Of a DNA stretch of 64,000 nt, positions 51,376-64,000 are shown piece by piece; the first letter of the stretch is position 1; the number at the start of each line of letters is the position of its first letter. This stretch comes from Lama glama. Its lineage: Eukaryota. The position numbers and the translations under genes were made by a program. The stretch is taken from positions 67,954,001 through 68,018,000 of the forward strand of contig CM052816.1 of the NCBI GenBank assembly GCA_028534125.1, read 5' to 3'. A model generated the notes under the pieces. The model saw nothing but the letters and a program-made list of their open reading frames with translations. It did no database searches and was not told where the DNA came from.

Positions 51376-52174
51376 CTTATTTATGTTTCAGAAACCTGAG
51401 ATCCAGAAAAGCTAAAATTTCTGCCTAAGATCATATAACTATAATTTAAGTGATAAAACAAATATTCCAACTGTGACAGCTCCTCATGTTTACCCAAGGA
51501 GGGGACATTCAAATTGTATTTGTATACACAACTCTGTGTGTGTCTGTGTATTGAAACAAACAGGTTCAATTCTAATAACTGGTTATTTGGAGAATATCTA
51601 GTTGCTAACAACAGAAAGAAAGCAACAGCTCTAAACCACACAAGCTACCACAGTGAGAGAGCGAAACAAAGTACAACAGCCGTCTTTTCTAATCACCTGG
51701 CACACATTTTTACAAGGCTGTAAATAATGTATTTACAGAGCTTGGATGTTTTTGAAATAGTAATAAAAATATGTATGTTTTAAGAAAAAGACTCCTGGGT
51801 TTAAAATTTAATTGGCCAATTACTTAGAAAAAGACCACATGTTCCTCTGAGAATGTGACAATTAGTGGCTGGAGCCATTATCTTGGTCAGCCTGCTCTGC
51901 CCTAGTCAAAGCCAGAGTGTACCACCAGCCTTGAGTCTAGCAGAAGGCACCAGAATCCATGTTTCTAGTTTCCTGGTCAGTTATGTCTAGGGGCGCTCCT
52001 GTGCCAGCTTTCTCTAAGACATGCCAGTCATTAGTGAGAATCACCTTCTATGAGAAGGTGGAGAAAGAGGCAAGCGACAAAACCAATTGGAACCCTTTGG
52101 AGTTGCCCTCACAAAAAACCATATTCATTCATAGTGGACACAAGAGTTCTATGTTTAGCTTTGTTTTATGTGTA

Positions 52175-52390
52175 TACAACATGGTTTTATTACTTTCCCT
52201 GTGCCAGGTACTTTCTGTGCATTTTTTCATTTAATCTTCACAACAAATCAAACATTAGTACAATTGGCATGCCCATTTTATAGATGAGAAAACTCAAGCT
52301 TAGGTAGTTTAAGTGATCTGTTTACGTAGTTGATCTTGAATTCAAACCCATATCTATCTCCCACCAGAGCCTGAGCTTTTGGGCACTGTA
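52175..52390 (-). mobile_element. MIR SINE
   Basis: 'catttaatcttcacaacaa...cccattttatagatgagaaaact'. Confidence 0.85.
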
Positions 52391-53559
52391 CTCCCTACTC
52401 TAGGCCAGGCGCCCAAAGGCAAACTTTATTTCCATGGTCTTTGTTTGCCCTCATCAGTGTGGCCCTCATTCATGGATGAATCAGAACAGCAGTCTTCGGC
52501 CAGGGTTTGAGCTCGAAGTGGAGGGAGCCAACCTTGGTTCTAGCTATGGAGAGAGGTTGGGTGTATTATTTACCAAGAACCCAATCAATGCTTTACAAAA
52601 AAATGGTTTTAGGAGCTCTACTGGCAAGCCGGTAGAAATAGGTGTTTTGCAGCACTGGTGTCTGGAAAGCAAATTTTCAAAAAGCAAATCCCATTGTTCT
52701 ACTGACTAGAGTTATAAACTCAGAGGCACATTCCCACAGGCTGGAACGGAAAAAGCCAGTCGTCCGTTCACTGGGTTGAAAACATTTGGCAAAAACTGAC
52801 CTGGCCCAGCCCAGGGGAGGGCATAGCTCAGAAAGTTATGCAATCCTCTCTTGACCCTGAATCTCAGTTCCAAGGTGAGCTCCCTTCCTTCTCTTCCACT
52901 TCCCCTTGCCTTTCATCAAACTTGTAAGGGTCTCTGACTACAGTAGCTCTTAGCACTGCTTCCTATGATTCCATCAACTCTGACTCTTTACAGAGTTGAC
53001 CACTAGAGCAGGGGCTGCAACATCGCACTTTCATGTGGGTATAAAATCCATTGCAGGTGTATTCTAGTGGGAAAAATCCAGATTCCAGACTTAATGCCTT
53101 GTTTTATAAATTCTTTAGTTTCAAACACCTGTGTATCTAATTGGCCTAAAATGAAATATCTTAAAAGCAAATAGAGAATTTTTAATAAGTTAGAACTTCT
53201 CATTCCATTAATTGCATTCTGAGGCTATGTTCCTAAATGCAAATTTTGGGGGATTGACATTTAGCATATTTTGGGGTCCCAGCAAATTCAATAATAATCT
53301 AAATAAAATAAAATAATAAATTCAAAAGATTTGAAGTGTCTTTTACTTGATCTGTCACATCCCTATCATTGCATTTGAATGATTCCACTCTCTCTCCCAT
53401 CTCTCCTCCCAAGTGTACTTTATTAGAAAAAAAAAAGTTTAGGGTAGAGATTTTGTCCTTGCCCATTCTGTTCAGAATGATACTCATAATGGAACAACTG
53501 TCTGGAGGACTGGATCTCTCTGTTGTGCCATAGGTCTGCAGCATAGAAGTGGAGGGAAT

Positions 53560-53742
53560 ATTGTATGGTCTACAGGGCATGGGTTTCAAAGCTGAGACTT
53601 GGCTTTGAGTATCTCTCACCACTTACTTGGCTCTGGGCCTTAGTGTCCACATCTGTGAAGTTACGGCAATACTGCCCACTCATAGGGTGATTCTTTGCAT
53701 TAGAAACACTGGCACACAGCGGTTGCTCAGTGATTACTATTT
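53560..53742 (+). mobile_element. MIR SINE
   Basis: 'ctctgggccttagtgtccacatctgtgaa...ctcatagggtga...ctggcacacagcggttgctcagt'. Confidence 0.7.
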
Positions 53743-55364
53743 TTTAGGAGAAGTTAATAATACGGATAATTCTCACATTTGAGATGGAGGCAAAACCCAG
53801 GGAGACTCATTAGTGGGGATATTTGACCCCTCAGTGCACTTTGGTACTCCACTTTCCTGATCTTTGTTATGCTTATAGGGCAAAGTGGACCTGGTGTTTT
53901 TTTTTTGTTTTGTTTTTTTTTGTTTTTTTTCCCCTCTTTCGCCCTTACTCCTAGGAGTTTCATGTAGCGGGCTGGCTCAAAGCCATGCATGATGGTGAAA
54001 TAAGAGGACTGAAGGGAATTTCCTTTAAGTGGTGATGCATATCAAATGCCAGAAGAAATGTGTTTGACCGTCTAGTGCACAGCCACAGACTCTGACAGCA
54101 ATGCACACGACTAAGGATCATTTCAGCATTCATATGCTTATTAAAAGTAGAAGGAAGTTTTGATCCCGATTGCCAGTCTCTGGGGAAGCAACATTCTAAC
54201 ACCTGAACCCCCTCATAAGTACTTTATTCTGAGGGCTACAGGAAGTTGTGGGTCTCACCAGATGCAAGAGAAAGCCCTTCAAGTGCCAGAGCATGAGCCA
54301 GCCAGGGCTGCTGAGTGTGGCCAACTCATCTTAGAGTTGGCATGACCTCTTATAGGGAGAGCAAGTGGTGGTTACCAAGATGGAGTGGGTGGGGTGTCAG
54401 AACCCACTGCCAAGAGTTTCTAAAACCCAAACAATTGTCAAATGAGAATGACAAGCACCACAAAATGCAGCTGCCTCACCTCCCACCCACATCTAGCGTG
54501 GTACTGTGTCACAGCAGAGCTCCCTGGCAGAGCAGCCAGGAGCCGCTCTTTGCCGTGGGCATTCTAGGCAGCAGAACACTATTCTTTTCCTGTCTTAGTG
54601 ACTGGATACTTCTCTGAGTGAACTACAACAACAGATTGAGCTGACTAGAATGAACTAAAATTAGGATAGACATTGCTACAGCTGGAGGCAACATCATCAC
54701 AGCCCATAAAGGAGATGGAGGGATGAAGAAAAAAAAATTCTTTTTTGGTCTCTGTTGCATCTCGACCAGTGCTATTTGGGTTATGTGTTAGTTGACCACA
54801 CATTCAGTTAACTTATAATGTGCTCTTTCTATCTTAAAGCATTGTGACTTGGATGATAATTTATACCTTAGTTACCAGTGTTAAACCATGGAGTTTATAC
54901 TCCTTTGCTGGTTGGTAAGAAAATGGGAATAAGGTAGAAATAGGCAGAATTTGGGATTAAGAGCAAAGACAACTTCTTAGTTGTCTTTGAATAACAACCA
55001 TACCAAAATTATATTCAGAGGATACAATAAGCTCTGTTCCACTGGTGTTAACAGCAGGCTCCAAGTGGAGACTGATATGATAGTGAGACAGGCGGTAGCA
55101 GGGTCTGGCTGGTCGGTGGGCAAATGGCAACCTTGTGACTTCAAGGATCTCCTGAGTTTGGAGCAGGACGTCAGCTAGTGGCTGGGGTTTTAGGGAGCGG
55201 GATCTCCCTTGGAGTGAAGAATATTGGCAGGAAGTAGGCTGGGTTTAGAGCAAGAAACCAAATCAGACTCAGGTATACAAACTGGGCAAACACAGCTGGG
55301 GTTAGCTGTGGGGAAAGGCTCAGTTCCATGGACATGTGGGTCCAGATGGCTCACCCCAAGAGGA

Positions 55365-55575
55365 GCCTGCTGTGTTCATGCGAGACACTTATCTATGTTA
55401 CTGCATTTAGTATTTACAACAGGCTCCAAAGGTGGGTGTTATGTCCCTGAAAGCAGTGAAACAACCGAAGTTCAGAAACTGTAAGTGACTGCCCAAGATT
55501 CTAGAGCCTGGAAGTGGCAGAGCCAGGAATATAACCTTGATCAATCTGGATGTCAAGTCTGTGCTCTTTTCCCTA
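55365..55575 (-). mobile_element. MIR SINE
   Basis: 'taagtgactgcccaagatt...ggaagtggcagagccagga'. Confidence 0.75.
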
Positions 55576-55599
55576 CACCCTGCTGCTTAAAAGATAAGC

Positions 55600-56410
55600 A
55601 GTTGTTCAGGCTGACAAGTTGGGGGAGGGCATAGGTGCAGAGTAATCAGAGAGCATGAGGCTTGGGTTGGGCAAGTTGTTGGGTACGTCTGTGATAGAAG
55701 AAGCATGTGGAAGAGTGATGTGAGATTAGACTGTGAAGGCAGGCAGGGGCAGGACATAAAGGGCAAAGGGCCTTGGAAACTGCTGAAGAGTTTGAACTCT
55801 AACCTATAGGTAATGGGAAGATACAAAAGAGTGACAGTATCCAGTTTGTATTTTAGTAGGATCATTTTGGCAACAGGATGGTGACTGGATTCTCATGGAG
55901 GAGCGGGCGTAGGGGAGAACAGGAGACCCCTTAAGAGGCTAGTCTGGAGAGGAAATCTAAGACCATTGATCTTCTGCCTTAAATCCTTGGATTCCCCACT
56001 ACTTTCGAGATAAAGTAGAAGCTCCTTGGAAAATCCCACAAGGCCTTTCATGACAGTCCTTGCTACCTTTCTAGCCAACTCCCTCCGTGCTCCCAGCTCA
56101 CTCAGTATCCATGATTCCTTGAATACTTGCTATTTTCTTTGCCTACAATGGCTTCTTTAAGCTTTGCAAACATTCTCAAACTTCAAATTCCAGTTCAAAT
56201 ATTATCCCAAGTAGGAAGGCTTCCCATATTACCTGGCAGGACTTGACTCTCCCTCCTCCCATAACTTTTTAAACATACCTTTATTAAAACGGCCTTCATC
56301 TGGTTGTATAATGTTCCCCTTCTTGCCTGCTTCTTAGTTTCTTGAGGACAGTGATTGTGTCCAGTTCATCTTAGATTTTCATCATTTAGCTTGGTACATG
56401 GCATGTTAAA
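55600..56410. mobile_element. Two L2 fragments in opposite orientation (minus ~55600-55900, plus ~55960-56410)
   Basis: Antisense 'agagtttgaactctaacctataggtaatgggaag' is followed by sense 'cacaaggcctttcatga...tttcttgaggacagtgattgtgtc'. Confidence 0.65.
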
Positions 56411-56422
56411 GATGCGTCAAAA

Positions 56423-56850
56423 CCAGCACCCTCCTCCCAATGTTTGTGAGGCTGAAGGAAAGAGTACACTTAGAGGCCTCAAGCCCATATCCCACCTCTG
56501 TTCTCCCTCAGCCTGGTACCCAGCTCCATCTAGAACCACAGGGAATGTTGTGCTCATGTGTATATGGGCAATCCAGCCCCTGTGTCCAACCTCTATCCAC
56601 ACCCCTTCCCACTGTAAACAGCCACCTCTTGGCCACCTTCAGGCCTACAGATGTGCACTCCAGTGATGCAGTATAGTCTTAGGAGGTCAGATCTGGAGTA
56701 GACACCGTCATAGGCAGGCTTAGGCCGTTTGGACAGGAAGTCTTCACTCCTGGGTACTGAAGCAGGGCCTAGGAACTGGGTATGTGGGCTCATACTGGCA
56801 ATGCTCTTTGGCCCTAAGGACTCCTTGACATGTATTTTGGGGGTGTGACC
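56423..56850. mobile_element. Probable hAT-Tip100 family relic (MER115/Zaphod-like)
   Basis: GC-richer block starting 'aaagagtacacttagaggcc' and ending 'ctctttggccctaaggactccttg'. Family recalled from memory only. Confidence 0.4.
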
Positions 56851-56939
56851 AGAGAAAGAACAGAGCAGAGCCCTTCAGAGTATGGAGTACAGGTTGTTCG
56901 GTGTCCAGGGAGATACTGTTCATCATTCTATGAAATGTG

Positions 56940-57790
56940 TGAGATAGTAAAGATCTGAAATAAAACAGTAAGATGGGAGAAGTAGGGCTACTTTGCAGAA
57001 TCCACTCTTTAGAGGGAGAAACCATAAGCCATAACAACCAGTAGGCTGTGTGGAGAAAGAAAGAGGAGTGGATTATTACAGGCTCTATTGTGGGAAGAAG
57101 GGTATTGTGCTATTAGCTCAGAAAGGAGCAACATGTATGGAAGGGAGTTTAATGTCAGATGAGGCAGGACATTCAGGGGAAATGTTCAATAGTTGGGAAT
57201 AAGTAGTTTAGAGCACAAGACAGAGGTAAAGTTTGGATTTTGTAGTCTCCAGTACATCGGTGATAATTGGGATTATGGGTATGGTCAAATTACCCAAGGA
57301 GAGAGTGTAGACTGAGAAGAGGCTTCAATAGTTGACAAAAGGAATCATGAAGACTGAGCCAAAGAGATACATGGAGATCCAGGGCAGAGGGAGTCATGAA
57401 GGCTATTAGACGTGGGTGACAGTTTCAGAAATGATGGAGAAGGTCATGCTGCTAACTGCCAAGTCAAGGATGGAAAGGCTGGAGAGTACCCATGGTGTTT
57501 CAATAAATAAGAGGTCACTGGTGACCTTAGTGAAATCAATTTCAGACGAGGGATGATGGCTGAAGGGACACTATGTTGTATTTAGAAGGCAAAGTGGAGA
57601 AAATGTCAACTTAGTTCTTCAAGAAGTTTGGATGTGGGGGAAAAAACACCCATAACTTGGAAATGACACAGAATTTAGGAATGGTTTTTATGGGTTTTGG
57701 TTGTATTTCTTTTAAACATGGTAGAGCCTAGAGTATTTGGGGAAAGAGAGAAATGAGAAGGGACGGTCAAAGATGTAGGAACCAGAGGAG
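56940..57790 (-). mobile_element. L2 fragment
   Basis: 'caaggagagagtgtagactgagaagagg', 'gaggtcactggtgaccttagtgaaatcaatttcag'. Confidence 0.7.
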
Positions 57791-57810
57791 AACTCAGTGA
57801 AGAAGGTCCC

Positions 57811-58625
57811 TGTGCAGGTGAGGTTCTCTGGGAAGCAGACAGAAATTCATAGGCAAGAGGTTTATTAGACAATGCTCTTGGGATCAATGCCATTGAAAGG
57901 AAAAAGGCTAGGGTGGAAGGAGAAGTTGGGCTGGGATACAGCCATAGTGAAGTTCTCAGCCAAGTTCATGGGGAGCTCTGAAGCTGGGGCAGCCCTTCAG
58001 AGTTATCCAGAGTTGAAGGGAGGGGGCTAGGCTTTCATACCCCCACATCAACCTATCACTGGATGAAGGATTCTCTGGGAAGGTAATGTGACCTAGGGCA
58101 AGGTGATTCTTTTCAGTTAAAGCAATCCCTGAAGATGGCTGAGGGTTTCTGCCAGCAGCACTGCCAGTAGTTGAAGCAACAAATCCTCAGTCTTGTAGGG
58201 GAATTCAGACTGCATATTTTAATCAGACAGGATTCAGCTAAGAAGCAGAACCAGAGGGAGACAAATACTAAAAGATTTATTGCAAGGGATTAGTTTACAA
58301 GATTATGGGGGCTAACTATGCAAATCCAAAATCCATAGAGCAGGCCATCAGGAAGGACAGGCTGGAACTCTTATGCATTAGGCTGAAGCTACTGTCCACT
58401 GGTGAGATTTTCCTTCAGGGAAGCCTTAGGTCTTCCTTTAGGGCCTTTCAACTGATTGGATTAGGGCCACTCATATTATCTAGAATAATTTCCCTTACTT
58501 CAGTAACATCTACAGAATACCTTCACAGCAACATTGATATTAATGTTTGATTGAATAACTGAGGATACTAGGCTAGTCAAATAGATATATTAAAAGAATA
58601 CTTCACCATCATGGTATCCACTAAA
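57811..58625 (-). mobile_element. ERVL-class LTR with a nested MLT2-like LTR (~58211-58607)
   Basis: 'tgtgcaggtgaggttctctgggaagcagac...gtttattag'. The nested part reads 'agatttattgcaagggattag...ggcctttcaactgattggattagg...tgtttgattgaataactg'. Confidence 0.7.
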
Positions 58626-61600
58626 GTTCCCAAAAGGCAGAGGACAGAAATTAGTCAATATCATTTAATTTCTCTAACACACACAACTGTAGTTCAGTGG
58701 GTCTCACAATTTTTTTTTTTTGGTGTTTCTGTACAAAAGCCTTTTCTGTATCTGAGCACTGTTATTCAAATATGTGACGATGACCACTTAAACATGGGGT
58801 GGCCAATATATTACAACATATTCTGATTTTGTAACAGAATCTCAATAAGGGAAGATAGTCAAAGTACTTAGCAACAGGTAACACTATGACCCTAGCCAAT
58901 GAGAATAGACACCAGCTCTGAGCAATTGCTAAAGCCACAAAAGTACATTCTCCTGAGATCAGTGCTGTTCGCACTGCCTGGGAACCAGCTCATCTGAATA
59001 CTTATTCCCACGTGATCAGTTCACCCTAGATGGTGAGTTTGTAGAATCAAAAAGGCAACCAGCCCCTTCACACACACCAGGTGCCATCAAACTGGGTGAG
59101 TGGTTTCTCAAACATCTGCTGGTTAGTGGGAGAAAACTAAAGCTATCTTTCTCGAACTTTTGGTATCAAGATTGCCCGGCAATTTTAGGAATATAAAAAA
59201 TTTAAATTTTAAAGTCTTCTTTTCATTTCAGCAAAAGGAGTGATATGATCTTCAGTCTTTCACTAAGGGGTCTATATTTGGCCTTATGATAGGTAGGGCC
59301 ATATGTCAAATGCTACATCCAGACTAGCTTCTCTTCTCAGTGGCAGTGCCACTCCTGAAGTCCGGATGTACAATGCCTGTCTGTCCTCAGGGAGCAATGT
59401 CCATTCATTGCTTCCTCTTCCTTGGGAGCAGAAGAAACACTTGCTTGCCCTCATACTGTCTCCTCCCAATCCTCCTAACTTCCTAGTCTCCACCTACCCT
59501 AGCTTCCTGGCTCTCCTCTCCCCACTCCCATCATCCACCTTGACCACCCTGAACAAAGGAGCCCCTTTCCCCCACTGGAACTGCTGTTCTCAAGCTCCAG
59601 GCCCATTTCCTTCTGCCCTCAACCCACCCTCAGAGCCCCTGAGGGAAGTGAGAGGATGCTTGAGCTGTAGGCCATCCCCACCCAGAGAACAAATGACAGC
59701 CTAGTGAGAATCTGGCTCTAACTGGAGGCGTGTGAGCCATGCTCCTTGTTACCTCTGGGGCAAATGTAATTAGAGCCTATTGAATTTCTGTTTCAGACTT
59801 CTTTCTAAGAGGTTTAAAATTTGTCAAACGTGATCTGCCATAGGCTGGGATTTGGAATATAAATAGGGCCACTGTATAATGAAGTTTGCACTGTTGCTGT
59901 TTGATCACAGATTTTGAGGTTCATCCATTGTGCTCATTTTAGATCGGAAAGTAGCCCTCTGGTACTGCACAATTAAGAGACAAAGAGGCCCCCAACCCTC
60001 AAAATAATTAAAATGGCAAGCAAGTCAGATTGTGGATGATTTAGTTACTTTGGGCAGTTTTCCAAGATCAAAAAAGTAGAACTACTGAGATGCCAAACTC
60101 TAAATGTCATCACCTTTATAAGCAACTTCCCATACAGATGATTATTTGGCATGTAGGAACAAGTTCATATAATACATGCTTTTACTGATGTGAACTTATT
60201 TTTGGCAGCTTCATGACATGAATCCCCTTCTTCCCTGTGACACATCTGATTCTTCCTCCATCAAAGAGAAACCCACCCCAAGCTCCAGAGTATACACAAA
60301 AAGGATCATGCAAAATTAGCTCAAATGGATGAGGGATCAGGATTTGGGAAGCAAAGAGTGAAACCTAATCTTGGTAATCTCTGACTAGTTCTTGGTTTTA
60401 AAACAATGCCTCCTTAGAGAGCCAAGTTCCCCAGAGTGGTTGAGGAGTTGAATTTTTTTCCCTACCTTAGATTTTCCTGGAGTCACATATTAACAGGACT
60501 TCAAAGCCCTTTTTCTGAACAGGTAAATTATAAAAAGTGTAATGTGGAAAGAACCAGCAGAATGGAACAAGAATCTGGAGGTTATGTGGTTAGAGAACAA
60601 ATGTAATAGTTAATGTGGTTTGGATCACCTAATTTTTTGGACATGTACTTTGGTCTACAAATATTTTTTTCCTGGGAGCAACTGTGACTTTTTCCAATTA
60701 ATGTACAAACTCAGCTACCTTTTTTTTTTTACCCTCTTTCTTTCCACACTGGTCTTTCCCCATTTCTCTGTAGATTAGTTCATCTGGGGTAGATAAGATG
60801 TAAGGTAAAATGAAACCTGAGAAGGGGACTGTTTCCTGTTTAATCCATCTGGGCTTGAAGCTAACAGTGTACTACCATATCAGGGGCAGGAACACAACAA
60901 GCAGCTTCCCTAAGGCAGCCTATGCTGGAGGAGTGGTGTATGGGGATGGAATCTCCGAAGCAGAAACCCCAGAGGGTGGATGAGGTGGCTGAGTGCTCCA
61001 TCTAATTGGAATACAGGCCTCTGAGTAAACCACTTCCAGAAAGGGGATGATCTCCTGGTATCTTACATGTTGCAGGAACCAGGAACAAGTGGGCCAGAAG
61101 GCTTGGCCCTGGCCTGAATAGCTTCAATAATTACTTAATTATACCCCTGCCTGCACTGTTATGCCTCTGAATCTAGGCTGCTTCAAAGAGCCCAGCCTGG
61201 AGGCATTTGGGGCTGAGCTGGTGGGAACACTGCTGAGGCCACAGGAAGAGGTGAAGGGGAACCTGGAGACATGAGGCATCCCTGCCTCTGCTCTGTCAAA
61301 CTATCTGTGTGACCTGCAGCAGATTAAGGACCCACTGTGGGCCTCAGTTTCCTCCCAGTGAATCAGGCTGTTTTGAGGAGTAAATGAAATAACACCTCGC
61401 TTGAATGTTGTTTGAGAAAGTGCCAGCTCAGTGTCATACCTCTTCCCCCATCATGCTGACCTCCACAGTGGTCCTGGGCCTTGCAGAGCCTGGAGACACA
61501 AGAATATTCCACAGACCCTAGAGGAGGATATCACTGTGGCAAGACAGACCCCAAATCTTACTCATGACTATGTTAAGACTGTCTTAATCTGTGTTCTTTC

Positions 61601-61766
61601 ACATACAGGAAGTTACAATCAAGCTGTTAAAAACCTCATCTATAGAAACCTTTTATCACCAAAGTAACAAAATAAAGGTTGGCAAATGCAGTTTTCCTGT
61701 GATGCTGAATTTTTCAAAAATACCTTAGAACTCTTCTCTGGGAATTGTCTCTAGGGCTGATTTCCT

Positions 61767-61829
61767 AAGGACGTTAATCCACCTCATCTTTAGCCCCAAG
61801 GACATTAATCACACCTCATCTTTAGCCCC
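61767..61829. repeat. Two-copy 31/32-bp tandem duplication
   Basis: aaggacgttaatc-cacctcatctttagcccc / aaggacattaatcacacctcatctttagcccc. Confidence 0.95.
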
Positions 61830-62024
61830 AAATGTTGTTACCCAATTGAGTTAGTCACCTTGACAATAAATGACTTTTGAGAATTTCTGGCAAGCTGTTT
61901 TTGAAGAGAAGTGTTTCCAGTGCTGAGGAAATTCTAAAGAAGGTCACAAGCTCTGAAGGAAATGCCCAAAGAGGAGTTCTGAATATTTTGAGTAATGGTG
62001 GCAGCTTCCTGGGAGGAAGAAAGC

Positions 62025-62510
62025 ATGCATTATAGGGGACTTGGGAGCCAGAAGGATCTGAATTTAAATCCCAGCTCCTCACTTTCTAGCTCTTGGACAT
62101 GTTACTTAACTTGTCTGACCATCAGTCATAGTATCGAGCCTGAGGTTCAGGTGAGGACTCAATAAAATCAAGTTACACGGCACTTGACACACATGTACAC
62201 AGTAACTTCTTTCTCTTCTTTTTGAGACTTCCGATACAATTGTATTCATGTATGTGGATGAACATAATAATATTAGTTAATGTTGAATAACAACCATGTA
62301 ATGGATCCTGTTATAAGCTTTATGTGTATTAATTTATTTAATCCTCACAGCAGCCCAATACAATAGGTACTATTATCCTAGTTTATAGATGTGAAAACTG
62401 AGGCACTGAAAGATTAAGTAATGTGTCTAAGGTCATAGAGCAAGCAAATTGCAGAGTTAGGATTTTTCAAACCTGGGACTCTAGGTCCAGAGCCTCTATT
62501 ATTACACTGC
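62025..62510. mobile_element. Tail-to-tail MIR pair (plus ~62025-62205, minus ~62265-62510)
   Basis: Sense 'tttaaatcccagctcctcactttctagc...gttacttaac' and antisense 'atttaatcctcacagcagccc...tagatgtgaaaactgaggcac'. Confidence 0.8.
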
Positions 62511-64000
62511 ACTGGTTAGAACATTAATAATGTATTATCACATTTTATATATTTCTCAGGAACATAGGGGTAGGAGTGTGTGTTTGTGTGTGTGTATGTG
62601 TGTAGTGTGGAAAATAGGGAATCTGAGCAAGTTGGGTGGGTGCCCATGCTCTGCCTACACCCGCCAGTCTAAATGTAGAATAGCTTTTCCTTAAGAACAT
62701 TCATGAGTGCAAACAAAGCAGAAGGCCATTGACCATCCACGGCCAGTAGCTACAGCTGCCATCTCTCCTAAGTGTCACTTAGGACTGAAGAACAAAAATA
62801 GTTTCTGAACTAACCTAGTTTAAGGTACAGAGATAACTATTGTTCTTTACAGTTTGTTGTAATTTCATACCAGTTGCTTCACATAATCCCATTTTACCAA
62901 TGGTGATATGCAGGAAGAACAACTTGCCAAAGGTTGCCCCGCCAGTAACAGGAGAAAGCTACTGAGTCAGTTTTCTTTCTACCATATTGCACAAGTCTTC
63001 CCTTCTTGGAGGAGTAAAGTTGTCACCTGATTCCTACTCTCTATTTTTGTTTTAATTTTCACTCTCTTTCTGGAAGCCAAATTGACTCTTAGAAAGGTGA
63101 AGAGTATAAAGCAGAGAGTAAGTAGCAAAGCCTCAAAGAGAAAGGTGGAGGAGCAGCAAGGCCTGGGCCTGGTGGCTGCTATGCGTGGAGGCCCTGGCTG
63201 CTGACATTGGATGTCCTGTAAGCAGCCAACTGATCCTTTTTTTTCCCTGCAGGGCTTCCATTGTTAATCTTGAGTGGACATTGGTTGACTGCTAGAGCAG
63301 AGCTCCAAATGTTCTGTGCAGCAATGACCTTGACACAGCACAGGAAAAGCACTCAGCTCTTGGCACTGCATGGTGGTTTTTCCCTAGTGCAGATTGGCCC
63401 TGGCCTTCCCCATGGAAGGAGGTAAAATGCAGAAGAGTGCTATTGGGTTTCCCAGGACTTTGGGCAAGTTCTCTATCCAGCTGACTGCAAGTCAAGAACC
63501 TATATCTATTCTCAAGTTCTTGCTATTGTTTTCTGTTTCTTCAGCCTAAGGGTCTGTCTTTCTTCCCAGGGGAGGGAAAGAGAGCTGGCATTTTTGCTTA
63601 TCCAAATATGTATATCTACAGGTGGCTCAGTCCTGGGCACCGTGCACCCTGTTAGGTAACCAGGGAGCTTGTCTTTGTTCAGGTAAACTTGGAAAGTGGA
63701 GCTAGGAGGCTGTGTGAAAGTATTCTAGGTGGAAACAGCTTGTTTATATAAATCTTGCCCTAGAGAAAAATTTGTTGGGAAAGCTATGGCTTGTTGCTGT
63801 AAAGCACACTTTTTTCTTACTCTGTTCATTATGTTCAACATCATTTTAGTATTTTTTAATTAAGCAGTCCAATTTATTATATTGTTTTAAATTAGCTTAT
63901 TTTCTAATAATCTCATCGATTTTGTCTACTTAGGTAAACTCTTTTAAGAATATGAAAAAGAACCTTTCTCTTGTTTTCTAGTAATCCATCGCATAACTAT

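Noticed and set aside
52814..52831. ggggagggcatagctcag resembling the Vic-1/tRNA 5' end
   Set aside because: Only 18 nt, with no B box, tail or TSD. Probably chance.
55600..56410. Inverted L2 pair (and MIR pair at 62.0-62.5 kb) as a dsRNA or miRNA source
   Set aside because: The arms are too diverged to show extended pairing by eye.
1..64000. CRISPR arrays, operons or other prokaryote-type systems; CpG-island promoter
   Set aside because: The sequence is mammalian and repeat-rich. I saw no repeat-spacer arrays and no CpG island.

Overview
This is AT-rich, CpG-poor mammalian genomic DNA, most likely from a camelid (camel, alpaca or llama), because it carries two tRNA-derived Vic-1-type SINEs. 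It has two assembly gaps (100 N at 16618-16717 and 500 N at 28207-28706). I can support no intact protein-coding gene: the supplied ORFs are decayed LINE-1 ORF2 pieces or chance frames. The window looks intronic or intergenic and is dominated by transposable elements. These include a near full-length degenerate L1 (~953-7696, minus strand) hit by four younger L1 3' fragments, a layered MIR/L1/L1/L1 nest at 15.6-17.4 kb, many MIR and L2 relics, MaLR/ERVL solo LTRs, a MER41-like LTR, and hAT MITEs (MER3, MER5, MER102). Repeat families were named by eye from remembered consensus sequences and need RepeatMasker/Dfam confirmation; boundaries without a TSD are approximate. I found no convincing novel biological system. 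The best leads are: (1) a polypyrimidine-CAG|GTAAGT recursive-splice-like site on the minus strand at 49415/49416; (2) a ~76-nt imperfect palindrome at 26985-27060; (3) an intact STAT GAS motif in the MER41-like LTR; (4) an 8-nt microexon-like signal at 19623-19630; and (5) several motif-dense, CpG-retaining unique islands that may be enhancers.
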